A DNA stretch of 64,000 nucleotides, from contig CM074512.1 in NCBI GenBank assembly GCA_037379345.1, positions 16,988,001 through 17,052,000 on the forward strand, read 5' to 3'. Below, one piece after another: positions 39,447 to 52,784 of the stretch (positions within the stretch are counted from its first letter, which is position 1; each line of letters opens with the position of its first letter). Below the pieces are notes generated by a model, which worked only from the letters and a program-made list of their open reading frames with translations, was not told where the DNA came from and ran no database searches. Source of the DNA: Perna viridis. Taxonomy: Eukaryota. Position numbers and translations under genes: made by a program.

Positions 39447-42400
39447 AATGATGAATATCTGAAGGATGGAACATCTGTCTAATGGCATATAAACCCTGAT
39501 ACATGCAAAGATTATTTTGCCTGCAAAGCTTTCCTTTGATTTAAGAACAAAGGATATATGTTTCATACATATAAATTATAAAATACTGAAATACTATTTT
39601 CATATATGTAACTACAACGAAATAACTTTTTAAAAAAACATAAATAAGTCAAATAGAATATTCCTTAAAAGTTTTTCTGAGATTCTATTAAAAACTGACA
39701 TTTTGGAATTTTTTTTATGTCAGATATTTCACATTGTATGTATTCATACATGTCAATTTAGCTGATAATATCTTTGTTTATTGTCTTCTATAGAATGACA
39801 TTTCACTGTTAATTTAACTATTATGTTAATATGATCTATTGTATAATGTACATTAAACACTCCCCTTTTGTATTCTTAAGAAAGGAATTTGTTATGTTGC
39901 ATAAAAATTTGGACTGATTTCTGGAAGGTGCCAGAGAACATGATAAACTTAACTGCATTTTTTCAAGTTCTCTTTTTAGTTGAATTTATCATCCAACATG
40001 GACTGTGCAATATATAGAAAAATAAGCTATACACATAATCATTTTTAGTAGAGATTGGACACAAACATATAAAATGGTTATTATTAATGGCACCATTCAT
40101 TATGTTAAAAGTGTATTCTGTTTCCTTGACCACCCACAAATGGAAGAAAGTATCAAGAGTACCATTCTATTTGGACAACCCTACTCAGACCTCCCACTGA
40201 TGGCCATTTGTTACAGTACTCATCTATTCTACCTTCTTTGTGGTAACTTTAAGCTTCACCCTCACTTTATGTAAACACCAAATGTTATTCCAAAGTCTTA
40301 TGACAAATGCTTTTCAGGTAAATGACCTTAACTTTATTTTTACATACAATAGTCTATGTTTATTTTTGAAATCAGATTTAGACACTATTTCCTGTGTGAT
40401 CTATGGAACGGTATATAAAGTAATCTGTATTTATTTTTACACCATTAACAAATCTGAGTAAGACATTTGGGACCTACACTAAATCATATTCCTACAAGTA
40501 ATTGCAAACAAACTCACAAAGGTAAGGAATTTACAGTGAAAATGTAGGTGTTATATATAAAAAAACAATGAATAAATTGCCTATCCTACACCTTAAGTCC
40601 ATCTCCATAGCCCAAATCCTTACCCCAGATTCTAAGTGTGAATCCTGGATTTCAATAGGGGAAGAATGTATAATGTAGCTTCTAATTAAGTACTAATCCA
40701 CATAAAATTCAGATTCTACCAATAGTAGGGGGACAAATGGTGAAGAAAATTCCACCGACTAAACACCTGTTTTTGTCTGTCTACATAGGTTACAACAGTC
40801 ATTTTTGTATTCATATATGTATTTTTGAGTAAACATCTATCATTTAAATCAACAAAAATGGTTAGTCTTCGAAGTCACTGCAAATTTCTTGCACTCTCTA
40901 TATAATTGCAACAACACAGTGCCAAACTAAGGCCAGTCGGTAATTGTTTCTGATTAGAAATTATTAAAGTCAATTTGGATGGTTTCTGACATGCATATTT
41001 TTTTAAATATTTTTACAGAGATGATTACACTGTTGCACTTTTGTAAACAACATGATTTTGTCCTGTTTATTGTATAAGGCCACTAAAGGGATAAGAGTGT
41101 TCTACATTTTGACACATCATTTTCTTAAAAAAGAGACTTATGATTATTACATTAAGTTTATGCCACTTTCTTTACAGAATGGCTTGCTAGTATTGCAGCT
41201 CCTATGGTCGACTTTATTATTCAAACATTGGAGCTTTACTGATGTTCTATCACATCCCATAATATTGATGGTTGAACATGGTCGCACAATAAAAACATAT
41301 AGACTATTGCTGAAAAAAACCTACAAATTAACATGATCTAAGCAAACTTGAAGCAGACTGACTAGGTAATTTATTTAAATTAATGTCTAGAAACCTTCTT
41401 CAACTCAGTGAATAACTCTTGGGCACATCTCTCTTAATTTTGACATTTCTAACCATCCATTATGTTTCTCTGTTGGTGGACATCCTTATGAAATGATCTA
41501 CCTCCTTATCAACCTAATATAACAATGAGTACAACACCACAACTACAGGACATCCTTAATATTATCAATCTGACTTGTGGAAAAGGTGATATTTCATAAA
41601 CAAGAACAAAAACTAAACTTCAAGTCAGTTCAATCATTATACTTGGAAGGCATGCTGACCAACATCATGCTGACCAACTCTAATGTTCACTGATCTGTAT
41701 TAAACCTTGCTGTATTTTATGTGAAAACTCATTAGTTTTATTTAATTCTTTTAACCAGTCTAATATGTATATATTTACACCATAATTGGCACAAAATCAT
41801 AGATATTTTTCAATTATGAACATTCTTTTTCCCCAGTTTATCTGTAAATCTAGCTTTATGGTAACGTGACACTTTGATTACTGGTATAAAGTGTAAAAGG
41901 TTTGATGAATATCACAGAAAGTGAATGGTTATTGTATAAATTCTCTGCAGCTAAGTTATTAGCATATCCTTATATTAAGTTTTTATTACCTAATAGTTGT
42001 GAAAAAGCCTCAGGATAGTGTTACATTAGTTCATATCAATTCCAGTAAAACCACTATTGCAAATATAAATCTCAGTCCTTCTTCTGTTAGGAATCTGAAT
42101 CAAGTTAAATTTTTAAACAAAATCAAAATTTACAGGATGTCTGTAAAAACTTGCAAATTGTTCCATTAACACTTGATATTAAATTGCCACACTTTAACAC
42201 AGATTTGACAATAAGCCATGATCAGGACTCATTCCTCCTTTGCAATATTGCTTAAGCCAAGATGCCAGATAAAAGAGCCAATTGCAAGTCTGTTAATTAT
42301 ATTTTTGTCCGTTATAAAGGAATTAAAGCTCAACTAATTGTCTATTCTTGGAGAGACAAAGAAAAAGAAAGGTGAGTAATGAACGAACTCAAAGTCATAA

Positions 42401-45400
42401 ATACAATTACAGGCAGATAAAGCACATGGAACGGAAAAAAAAAGGAAAGACACAATGTTCTCATGGTCCTAATTTATGACACTGGCTGAGCCACACTAAT
42501 CGTCAGACAAATAAATTAGTGCATTACTGTAATATTAGGATCACATCTGTCATTTGGGGTTTTAGGGCACAGTTTTTTTCCCAATTTTCCTCTGATCTTA
42601 TCAAAACAATTATTGCATATCAATATTTTTATGGAATATTGCTCCATAATCTTTCATAGGAGTTAATATGGGTTCTGTCATATTAAACCTTATTTATGTA
42701 ATTGAACAAAGGCAAAAGAGTAAAGTAAATAACTTGATCAAATTATAATTTTTAATGCTGTCATGCCATCTGTGCAGGGCTATATTGAAGCAAGATCCCT
42801 CAAAGTTAGACCATTCAGTGAAGTTATCTTGAAACATTTTTACTCTTGGGTAAGGAACAAGCATCTCCTCTCCTGCCAAGTAGTTGTTAAATCAATGATC
42901 GTGATCAAAATCGTCTCAAAATCCAATAAACCATACTGAATTACATCTTATCTGTCCTTAAACCTAAAAACTAAGCACCATTCTTCAAATTGTATAATCC
43001 TAATCAGAATCCCAAGAGAAGTGATGAAGATGGAAACCCAAATTAAAAAGATTCTTTTTTCCCTAAAACATTTGGTAACAATGAGTGTTGAATGAGTCTG
43101 ATAAAAACTTATTTATAACTAAATGATCAATCTTTGTGATAATGAACTTAATTGCCCTTAAAAAATCATCTATGAAAAAGAAGTTGAGAAGTAAACAGTA
43201 AGATATAAAGAGGAGAAGACGATTTTTTCTTGAAGATTGTAAAATCAATTTCATTTTGAATCCTACTGAAAGAAGTCTGACAAAATCTAGGTCTAGAGAA
43301 AAATCTTATCTTCCTAATGCATTACATAAAACGGCACCATGGTTATCTTCAATAAACTGTTCTCATTTCATGCAGATAACATCAAAATAAAGCCATCTAC
43401 AAGTATACAAAATACATTCTACAAAACAACTTCTTCCAAAAGTGCAAGAAATTAAATGAACAGTACAAAATATTTTTGATGCTTCAACCAACCTGGCAAA
43501 AGCTAAATTACATTCAATAGGACAGTTGTGTGACAGTTTACTACAAGATTATTTAGTTGTGTTTTTGGTGTATGCATCTGTCAAGATATGATACACATTT
43601 TTATTATTCACTTAATAACTGTGACTTAATTCCATGAAATGAGTTTATCTAAAATTTCACATTCAAGAAAAATGCAAAAATAAAAAAAGATAGATATATA
43701 TATTGCAAAAAAGTAGTTTTAATCAGATATAGTCCTATTGTGTGACGAGAATACTCTGATTTTTTAAATCACTTTGATGTGATGAAAAGTATTTCCTACA
43801 AACTACATCTTGTATCACAAATATAGAAGATACAACATTTATGTAACATCTAGGTAACATCAAATGGCAAAAAATGGTATTTTACAGATTTAAACAAAAA
43901 ACATTCCCTTCCTTCTTTAACCCATGGGTTATGAGTTATTTTAAGATGAATTCTTTAGTCTAATGTATGAATATCAATATTTTCACATTATTAAGGACCC
44001 TGTTACTTTCTTAATACCAATAAATAGCTGGTATGTTGTGTAGGTGTTGTAGTAAATTATCCTCACATGGATGTTATATTTAATTAATTCTGAACATGTC
44101 CTTGTTGTTGACAGATTGTTCCATTGAAGTTGTTTGACCTGTAAATATTTACAGTATTAAGTTATGTAAATATTACTGTAAGATATGTTCCTACTGTTGG
44201 AATCACCATCTTATATAACATAAGAATTTAACATTATACCAGCAGGTATTTGCTGGTATAATCCATACAAGTTGTCATCAAAAGTGTATTACTGCTATAT
44301 AGAAAGTCAATGTACTATGAATATGTGTAACAAGAGGTAGAACAAGGCCAATGTAAACAGCATCATCACTTCTACCTTGAAGAAGAATGAATCTTTCATT
44401 TCAAAAGTGGATAAGAAACTGACAGACAGGGAGATGCTTCAATAGCTTCTTATCAGATTTATAATAAACTTATTTGACAAAGTGTTGATACATATACAAA
44501 TGCTAAAGCTTGTAACAAACTTAAGTGTTAAGCTTTAGATTTTTCTATCCATAAGCATGACTAATTCACCAAACTTCAGATAAAATTCTTTACCATGAAA
44601 CCATAACATAATAAAATTGATGAAGGATTCTTGAAATTTGCTTTTAATATACCATTTCCAAAATGACCACAAGAAAAGTACCCAAGCTTAATCCCAGGAA
44701 TGTGACTTTACATGCATACTTAACAGCTTATTTGCAGGGGACATGTATTTAGTATTCTGGTCACAAATCAATATGCCCTGGGAGGCTATAACTATTTAAT
44801 CTATAATTAAATGTCTTTTTCTCAGCTGGACATGTTGGTTTAACAATCTCATTACTTGTTCATACATGTATATCAGAACCTGTATCTACATGAGAAATCT
44901 CAGGGAACACATAGTTATGGATTATCATTGGGAAAGAAACCTTTAAAACCACAAGTATTCAATAGTGATAATGTATATAATGACTCAACAACTTAAATTT
45001 CATTCAAGACATTTGCTCAGTTTGGTCAAATTTGCCCTAAGATGAGACAACATTTTCCATTACAAATTCCTCCATGAATTTGTACTCCTTTTTCAAAATC
45101 AGAGACTAATAGAGTAGGTACTCAGTAACTCTCTTACAGCTAATAGAGGACTTCCATACTAGCAACCTTTGTAACTTGTAAATTCCTTAATAACGAACTC
45201 AGATACTCATTAATTCCCCTAAAGTGAAACATTAATTCTCTAACTTAGTAAAATAGCAAATACAAGCAATTATGGAGCTAACTAAGTGACTGTTGAATTC
45301 CCAAAGACTATACTCAGTGATTGCCTAATGAAATTAATTTCAAAGAATATACTAGTACTCAGTGATTCAGATTTGAACAAAAGTGAACAAATTCACCATC

Positions 45401-45850
45401 TAAAGAGTTCACTGACAGTATTATTATTATAAGCACACTCAGTGACTGGTGAATTGCAAAGTAGCCCAATCAATGACCATTAAGGTCCACCTAATGTGAA
45501 CCAATTTACTTAGGCTGATTTAAAAAAAAATTATTGCAGGTGCAGCAGTTACAATATGAGTTGATGAAATGAACTGTGTACAGAATGTCATTTTCCCATT
45601 TGAACCATAAATTAATGCACATCTTTGTACTATCACAACAAACAGACAGAAAGACTAATAGACATAGTGGATCAACTGGACAAGCACACTGGTGTTTCAG
45701 GGCCCTCATTTAAAACATACTCATACATGAACTTTTTTTAAATCAACCACTTATTATTTTAGTACCATTTCAAAAAATATTGCAATGTCAAATTTGCCAA
45801 ATTAAAAAAAATATATCTATTTTTCACTTTAAAATTTCTTATTTCTAAGG

Positions 45851-46187
45851 CCCCGTGCAGGTCCGGGTGTCAAAAGAATAGGCCTGCAGCAGCGCTAAGC
45901 CTGTCGTAAAAGGCGACTAAATAGTGCTCAGAACCCTAGCTGGGGGCTAGGGCACTCTGCCCACAGAGCAACTGGGATGTGTGCCCCAGGTGGTGGAATG
46001 GAGTACCCCTGGTGTGTTACATGCTGGGGTTGTCAGGCTATAATACGGAAAACCTGACCACAAACCATAGTGGTGAACCGTGTTGGGAAAGATGCCACGT
46101 TCCTCGCACGTTAAAGAACCCTACTGTGGTATTCTTCCGGAGTAGGAACCATAAGGCTCTGCCACTGTCAACTAAAGCAGAAAAAAA
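45851..46187 (+). mobile_element. GC-rich structured non-autonomous retroposon-like element (RTE-type 5' head plus Nin/Deu-SINE-core-like motif)
   Basis: Abrupt GC/CpG-rich island with many self-complementary stems. The head cccgtgcaggtccggg...aatagg...gtcgtaaaaggcgactaaa recalls 5' ends of RTE-type retroposons. gcacgttaaagaaccc (46106-46121) recalls the Nin/Deu SINE central domain. A-rich end. Confidence 0.6.
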
Positions 46188-46257
46188 TTTCTACAGTAAG
46201 TTGGACATCAAAGGAAATTATCAGACTTGAATATATAATGCTGGATATGGTTAACAC

Positions 46258-46700
46258 TATGCTCAAGACTTGAACCTCTAAACCGGCAATAAGTTTATGG
46301 CTCAAATTTCTAATATTAGACAGTGCTCAAGTTTCAAATTTTAATTTATGCTCAAGTCTTTAGCCTATAAACTGAGACAATGCTCAAGTCTGTTGCCTCC
46401 GAACAAAATCTTAGTGCAAGTTTTTAGACTTTTAAAGGAAACAGCTCTAGTCTTTAGTCTCTTATGTGAGTTTATGCAAGTCTAAAGTCTCATAAAAGAG
46501 GCTGTGATCAACTTTCAAACTAAGATTTTACTGTAGTCAAGTCTAAGACTACTGAGATTTACCCAAAACTGAACGTGTGCTTAAGTCTCACTTAACTGTC
46601 TTTGCTCAAGTATCAAGTCTCTACGATAAACCTTTCATTAAGATTTTGCTCAATTCTCAGAATGTAGGATATCCTAAAGTCTCAGGTCTTAAAAGGAGAA
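46258..46700. repeat. Highly degenerate ~30-bp periodic array (tgctcaagtct core)
   Basis: About 14 recurrences of a tgctcaagtct-like core, spaced ~25-44 nt apart. Confidence 0.6.
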
Positions 46701-47992
46701 CAGTGTTCCCTATCCCCAATAATAAAAATTCAAATTCCAGATAATGCTCACAACACCAGCCAGAAATAATTGATTTTAAAACTTGTGAAGAAATTCTTGG
46801 AAGTAATCTTTGGTATAAATTTTACATGAATCCATTGCGATATGTAGGTGTGAGAAAGATTACAAGGTGTGGTGACAAGAAGCATGTATGGAGGACAGAC
46901 ATAGCCAGATGCCCAGCATTTTGAACTCCCTGTGTCAAATTCCAGTGAGAGACAAAAAGGAGACTTCGTACTGAGACTATGCTCAACTCTTGTGGGTACC
47001 TTTTGAGCAAATCATACTAACTATTGATATCAACTAATAATACCAGGAGTTAGTAAGAAATTAACCAATATTATACATTTTATTTTTTTTCCTTACAATT
47101 GTGAAATTTTTGTAGTAGCCATTGTAGAGATTTGTATACTTTTGTGTCTACAATAATTGACTGCTCTAAAACACTGTATTTCTATATCATACCAATCATT
47201 TATCATAACTATGCACAATACAGACAGGTTTGATTACCATATAGACAACCATGAAATCTTCACAAATTTACCATCAAATTGGTACTGGTAACCGTCAACC
47301 AGGAACCAGTCATACTTTGTTACTATGGAAATGCATCTGTTCATACACCATCTCTCATTTAAGTTAGAGTTAATTAATCTGACTGGTTGATCAAAGGATT
47401 AGAAACTGGGATAAACAAACTAACAAACTTCCGCACCTTTGAAGTAACTGATGTTTGCTTCCCTAAACTTAACTGCTTGACTGACTGACCTGTGTAGTAA
47501 CCCATCTTAAATATCTTTCATCAACAAGATTCTTCAAATTATTCTTTTATCTCTCCAAATGGCTGTAGAATTCATTTAGTCATAAGTCAATAATCAAAAA
47601 GAGATTTTTACAATTATAAATGGAAGAAAATTATTTAATTGCATACATATACATGTTATTAATCACCTTAAGAGAAGCATTTGTCATTATCATGGATGAA
47701 GCAAATATTTTGGCACTAAAAATAATCTTCACTGAAATACAAACTCAAACGGTCCAATACCCATCCACAGGTAATACCATCAAAACTGTATTCAATATGA
47801 CATAAATTAGCCATGGTATCTACTCTGTGGTAGAGATAGATGGCATAATTGGATGAAGTAATCTCCCCAGCAGGAATTTATTAGTGAGATATCATACCAA
47901 ACACCTTGCTCTACTTCTTACATCTACAGAATGTGAAATCAGAAATTAACAGAAATGCAACTGATTAGCAGGGTTAACTTGCAGGGAATTCT

Positions 47993-48085
47993 CATCAACA
48001 TACACCCTGCTGAACTCAGACATACATAAAGCCATCCACATACACCCTGCTGAACTAAGACATACATAAAGCCATCAACATACAC
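47993..48085. repeat. Tandem duplication, 40-bp unit x~2.3
   Basis: tacaccctgctgaact(c/a)agacatacataaagccatc(c/a)aca at 48001 and 48041. Confidence 0.9.
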
Positions 48086-49755
48086 AGACCCCATGTAACA
48101 AGTACAAGTGTATACAAACATTTTGCAGCTGAATAAAAAGACCATCTTAATTTATATTTTAGAACAGTATTTAAAATGAATGCAATAATCAGCACTTTTT
48201 TTGGATAAAGCATCTGGTCATATTAATATTTTGGGAAAAAAATACTTCCCATCTGAAGGATTCTTGGAAAGTGTACAAAATATTAAACAAGAATAGTATA
48301 AAAATCATCATACATGTAAAACTGACATAAATTTGACCCTTCAGATCCAAGGGAACCATTAAATTGTACAATGCATCAGAGACAAAAACGAATGGTTCTT
48401 AAAGCTAATTACAGAAAAACCTTCAGAGGATTCCTTATTATCTGTAAATAGTCATTACACATATGCAACAATAAACAAAAATGTTCTCGTAAATCTGACA
48501 GGAGAATTATAGGTTAGCAGCGCTGATGGTTACAAACCCTAGATTTCTAGGCGATAAAATAAATGAAGGAATAGAGCAGAACTGATGTATGGCTATACTA
48601 CTGATTATGGGGAGAAATGAGCAGTAATTTGATCAAGCATACTCCAATGTCAAATTTGTCCTGCCTATATAAGCACATTCAACATCGGAAACGTCTTAAT
48701 GGACAAAAAACTTTGTGAGTCACACGGATGTAAAAATTGTAATTGAATTGGGTGAAACGCAACAATTGTTTGTCAAGATGATAGTAATCAAGTTAAGCTT
48801 GTGTGATATTAGACACAGATCTAAATAGCCCTTACACTTATCTTGTTATCTCAATGTCAACCATTATTTGTTGGAGATTGAGCCAATTTGAAATCAATGT
48901 GCAACAAGAGGAGGCTTCCTAGATGTTCACTTCCTTTAATTACTGTATTACAGCTAACATAATAAAACTTAATCAGTCACAATCAACAAGGCAATTGTCA
49001 ACTAAGAAGGAGCTATCTGTCATCATTTGGCTCACAAAGGAAGGTTTGGCCTCAAAGTAAGAAAACAGGCAGACAGACTGGATAATTCATATATATGTAT
49101 TAATATAACTTGTCTTTCAAATAATAATACTATAAATCCTTCTAATCCACAGACAAATAAATTCACCTGTTGTTATGGTGTAATAAGAATTCAAACTTTA
49201 CTAAGATTATAAATTGTCCTATGCATAATGCATCAAAGTGTTATTAGGTCTTTTACAGTTCTTTTTTTTTCTTATTCAAATTTGCACAATTAAAACATCA
49301 CATGCAGATAATTTACACAGCAAGGGTATGCAACTTTTCAATAATACTATTGTTAAGGGCAACTTACTGCAAATTTTATTTCATTCAATTTAATTTAATG
49401 ACTAAATGTGAATAATTTAGGTTAAATTGCATGAAATTAAGTCTTTCACAGACAAATAAGACTTATCAGGTTGTTTAGCAACTCAATGTAAAGTCATGTT
49501 CTGTAATCAAAGCCTAGGTCTCCTCTGAACTTTCACAGACATATAAATCTAAAATTTGCAATTTTAGTGGAGAAGTAAATTGTAATAAAGTATACTTGTA
49601 TCAGGACAGCAGTCAGCTATAATCAATAGGTAAAGCAGAGAAACAGATATAAATTATAACTAAGACAAACAAACCCATATTTGAAACTCTTAATACTAAG
49701 ACAAACTACTTAAAGTCAACGATTTTGACCTAAGAAATATAAATACAATAGTTAC

Positions 49756-50241
49756 CTTATTGGATGAGGATTTCTCCACATTCATTAATCTAACAGCTTG
49801 ACGTTTCAAGTCAATGAGGCAGTTATTACACTGATCACAAATCCCTGCATTTCTAGTGTAAACCCCTGGCTTAGTGCTCCGACTTCCAGGAGGAACATAT
49901 TTGGGAGGCTTCCCATACACATTCCTTCTGTTGGTATCTGGTGTTTTGTGATCTGGAAGAGATTTACTTGGTTGGACATCAATATCAGGTGATGTGGGTC
50001 GGCCAAAAACAAAAGATTGTTGATTTACGGTCTGATCAGACAACGGAGAAATGGTTCCTCTGATTGGATAATCCATCATACCATTCTTTCCTATAATATT
50101 TTGTGACATTTCATTTTTTGAAGCTGTATCGAGTAGCTGTAGTGGTTTTTTGGGAGTCGGAAGTTTTCGTATTTTGGCTTGTCCTACAGATTTGTACTGA
50201 GTAGGCACTACACTAACACTTGAAGCATAGTTTTCTTCTTT
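49756..50241 (-). CDS. KIF26: KIF26-like kinesin, coding exon A (most 5' exon resolved; N-terminal region with first CxxC-LKRQA motif)
   Basis: Acceptor tttttgcag|AAA and donor AAG|gtaact; 486 nt, phase 0/0. Translates KEENYASS...GICDQCNNCLIDLKRQAVRLMNVEKSSSNK, resembling the KIF26 N-terminal C..C...L.ELKRQA motif. Confidence 0.85.
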
Positions 50242-50563
50242 CTGCAAAAATAAAAAAATTCTCATAAAAGTTTTCTAAGTGGTTGAATTGTAGGATATAG
50301 TTTATTCACAGTTCAAATTTTAAAATGATATTGAAATATTTCTTACTGATGATAGAGTTACTATCTCTGTAGTTGGCATAAGTCTAACAAATGAACATTG
50401 TCTTCAGAAGTGGTCAGTGCATCCCTGCAAAAATGGCTTCGAATTTCACCATTGTTTCAGACAGATAAAATTCCACTAAAACTAATATATCTACAACAGG
50501 ATATTCCTCTTGAAATTATCTGTCCATACACAGGATCTCCCATGAAAACTATAAAGGTAATTA

Positions 50564-51473
50564 TCAAAATTGCGGATCACACTAGTTCAGCAGGTAAAGC
50601 AGGTACAAGTCAAAATTGTGGATCACACTAGTTCAGCAGGTAAAGCAGGTACAAGTCAAAATTGTGGATCACACTAGTTCAGCAGGTAAAGCAGGTACAA
50701 GTCAAAATTGTGGATCACACTAGTTCAGCATGTAAAGCAGGTACAAGTCAAAATTGTGGATCACACTAGTTCAGCAGGTAAAGCAGGTACAAGTCAAAAT
50801 TGTGGATCACACTAGTTCAGCAGGTAAAGCAGGTACAAGTCAAAATTGTGGATCACACTAGTTCAGCAGGTAAAGCAGGTACACGTCAAAATTGCGGATC
50901 ACACTAGTTCAGCAGGTAAAGCAGGTACAAGTCAAAATTGTGGATCACACTAGTTCAGCAGGTAAAGCAGGTACAAGTCAAAATTGTGGATCACACTAGT
51001 TCAGCAGGTAAAGCAGGTACAAGTCAAAATTGTGGATCACACTAGTTCAGCAGGTAAAGCAGGTACAAGTCAAAATTGCGGATCACACTAGTTCAGCAGG
51101 TAAAGCAGGTACAAGTCAAAATTGTGGATCACACTAGTTCAGCAGGTAAAGCAGGTACAAGTCAAAATTGTGGATCACACTAGTTCAGCAGGTAAAGCAG
51201 GTACAAGTCAAAATTGTGGATCACACTAGTTCAGCAGGTAAAGCAGGTACAAGTCAAAATTGTGGATCACACTAGTTCAGCAGGTAAAGCAGGTACAAGT
51301 CAAAATTGTGGATCACACTAGTTCAGCAGGTAAAGCAGGTACAAGTCAAAATTGCGGATCACACTAGTTCAGCAGGTAAAGCAGGTACAAGTCAAAATTG
51401 TGGATCACACTAGTTCAGCAGGTAAAGCAGGTACAAGTCAAAATTGTGGATCACACTAGTTCAGCAGGTAAAA
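50564..51473. repeat. Very homogeneous minisatellite, 46-bp unit x~20
   Basis: Unit aaaattgtggatcacactagttcagcaggtaaagcaggtacaagtc; only a handful of substitutions, with the tgcgg variant in four copies. Confidence 0.98.
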
Positions 51474-52707
51474 GTTGGCAAAGGCAAGAAATGAAATGAC
51501 ATAATCAAAAAATATTCGGCAGGTGTTCATAAAAAAAATTTCCTATGGATTGAGGTGCAGACAAGTTGTACAACTGTGCTAGAAATCTGATCAGTTTAAA
51601 AGCAACTCAAATTGGTTAATTAATGATTATTTTCCATGTTAAAAAGTGCATTATAAAGATCTTAGGTTTTTGATTTGACATAAGATATTAAACTACAAAC
51701 CTGCTTGGCTAATTCATGGCTAATTGTATTATGTAAGAAATGTAATGTATGTCTCTGTTACAATACAAGCTAAAGTTCAATAAAAATTCAATCAATTACA
51801 ATGATACAAAACATTTTGGGTATTTACTCCACATAATGTTGGCAGAACAGATCAGAGTTTATAATGCCTAAGGCTGCGTTTCTAATGTGCAGTCTTGGCA
51901 ATATTGCATGGGCTTGGTTGTTAATTCACATACTAGACTAGTATGTTTTCTTCCATCCTTACAGAAACTAACAATTTCTTTAGTTCATGAGGCCAGGCCC
52001 AAAAGAAAAAAAAACATTTTTAAGGGGCCATATTAGCCATATATTTATTAGCCTGTAGGCTGACGGGGCAAGAGAAACAGGAACCCAAGCTTTTCTGTCG
52101 ATACTGGAATATCTTTAAACTTCATTCGCCTATGACACTCTCATGACTAATCCATAGATAATACTAATGTTTAGTGTGGTGCAATCGAAGTCACTTACAT
52201 TAAGATGAATATCTAAATATAAGGATTTTACCATAGATCTAACTGCATGAAATAATTATGAATATCTTACATAAAAATATGACATTTTACCACTGTATCT
52301 ACAAAATTAATATAATGAGAGGTTATATCACATGGAACTATTTATTTTCTGTCTCAATTATGTCTCAAGCAGTTCTGTAAATGATAGAACAATATTAGCA
52401 TGCCATTCAATCTAAGTCTATGATCATTTTGACATTATAAGCATCCAGATATGCCCAGAATAACTCATTATATGCTGTTTATTATCATATGCTGTACTTA
52501 AAAACTTAATGAGTTATCATGTAGAATTAATTCCTTCTGGGTAGGCATTTACCAACAGCTTATGGACTGTAAACCCAGCTCATTGAGGGGGAGGTCTAGA
52601 GGTTTGATCATTTAAATAGTTTCCCACCTTGGAGGTGAAAAATGCAGACTGATTTGTTAATGATAAACTATTATGACTACCTTTCCATTCATTCCTATAG
52701 GTAACTG

Positions 52708-52784
52708 ATGATACTGGACTACCAGGTAGAATGAGACTGGACTACCAGGTAGAATGATACTGGACTACCAGGTAGAATGAGACT
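52708..52784. repeat. Minisatellite, 23-bp unit x~3.3
   Basis: Unit atga(t/g)actggactaccaggtaga. Confidence 0.92.

Noticed and set aside
45851-45928. Assignment of the structured head as a pistol or HDV ribozyme
   Set aside because: The helix order differs: the pseudoknot partner precedes the second stem, and no P3/P1.1 nested double pseudoknot could be threaded by hand.
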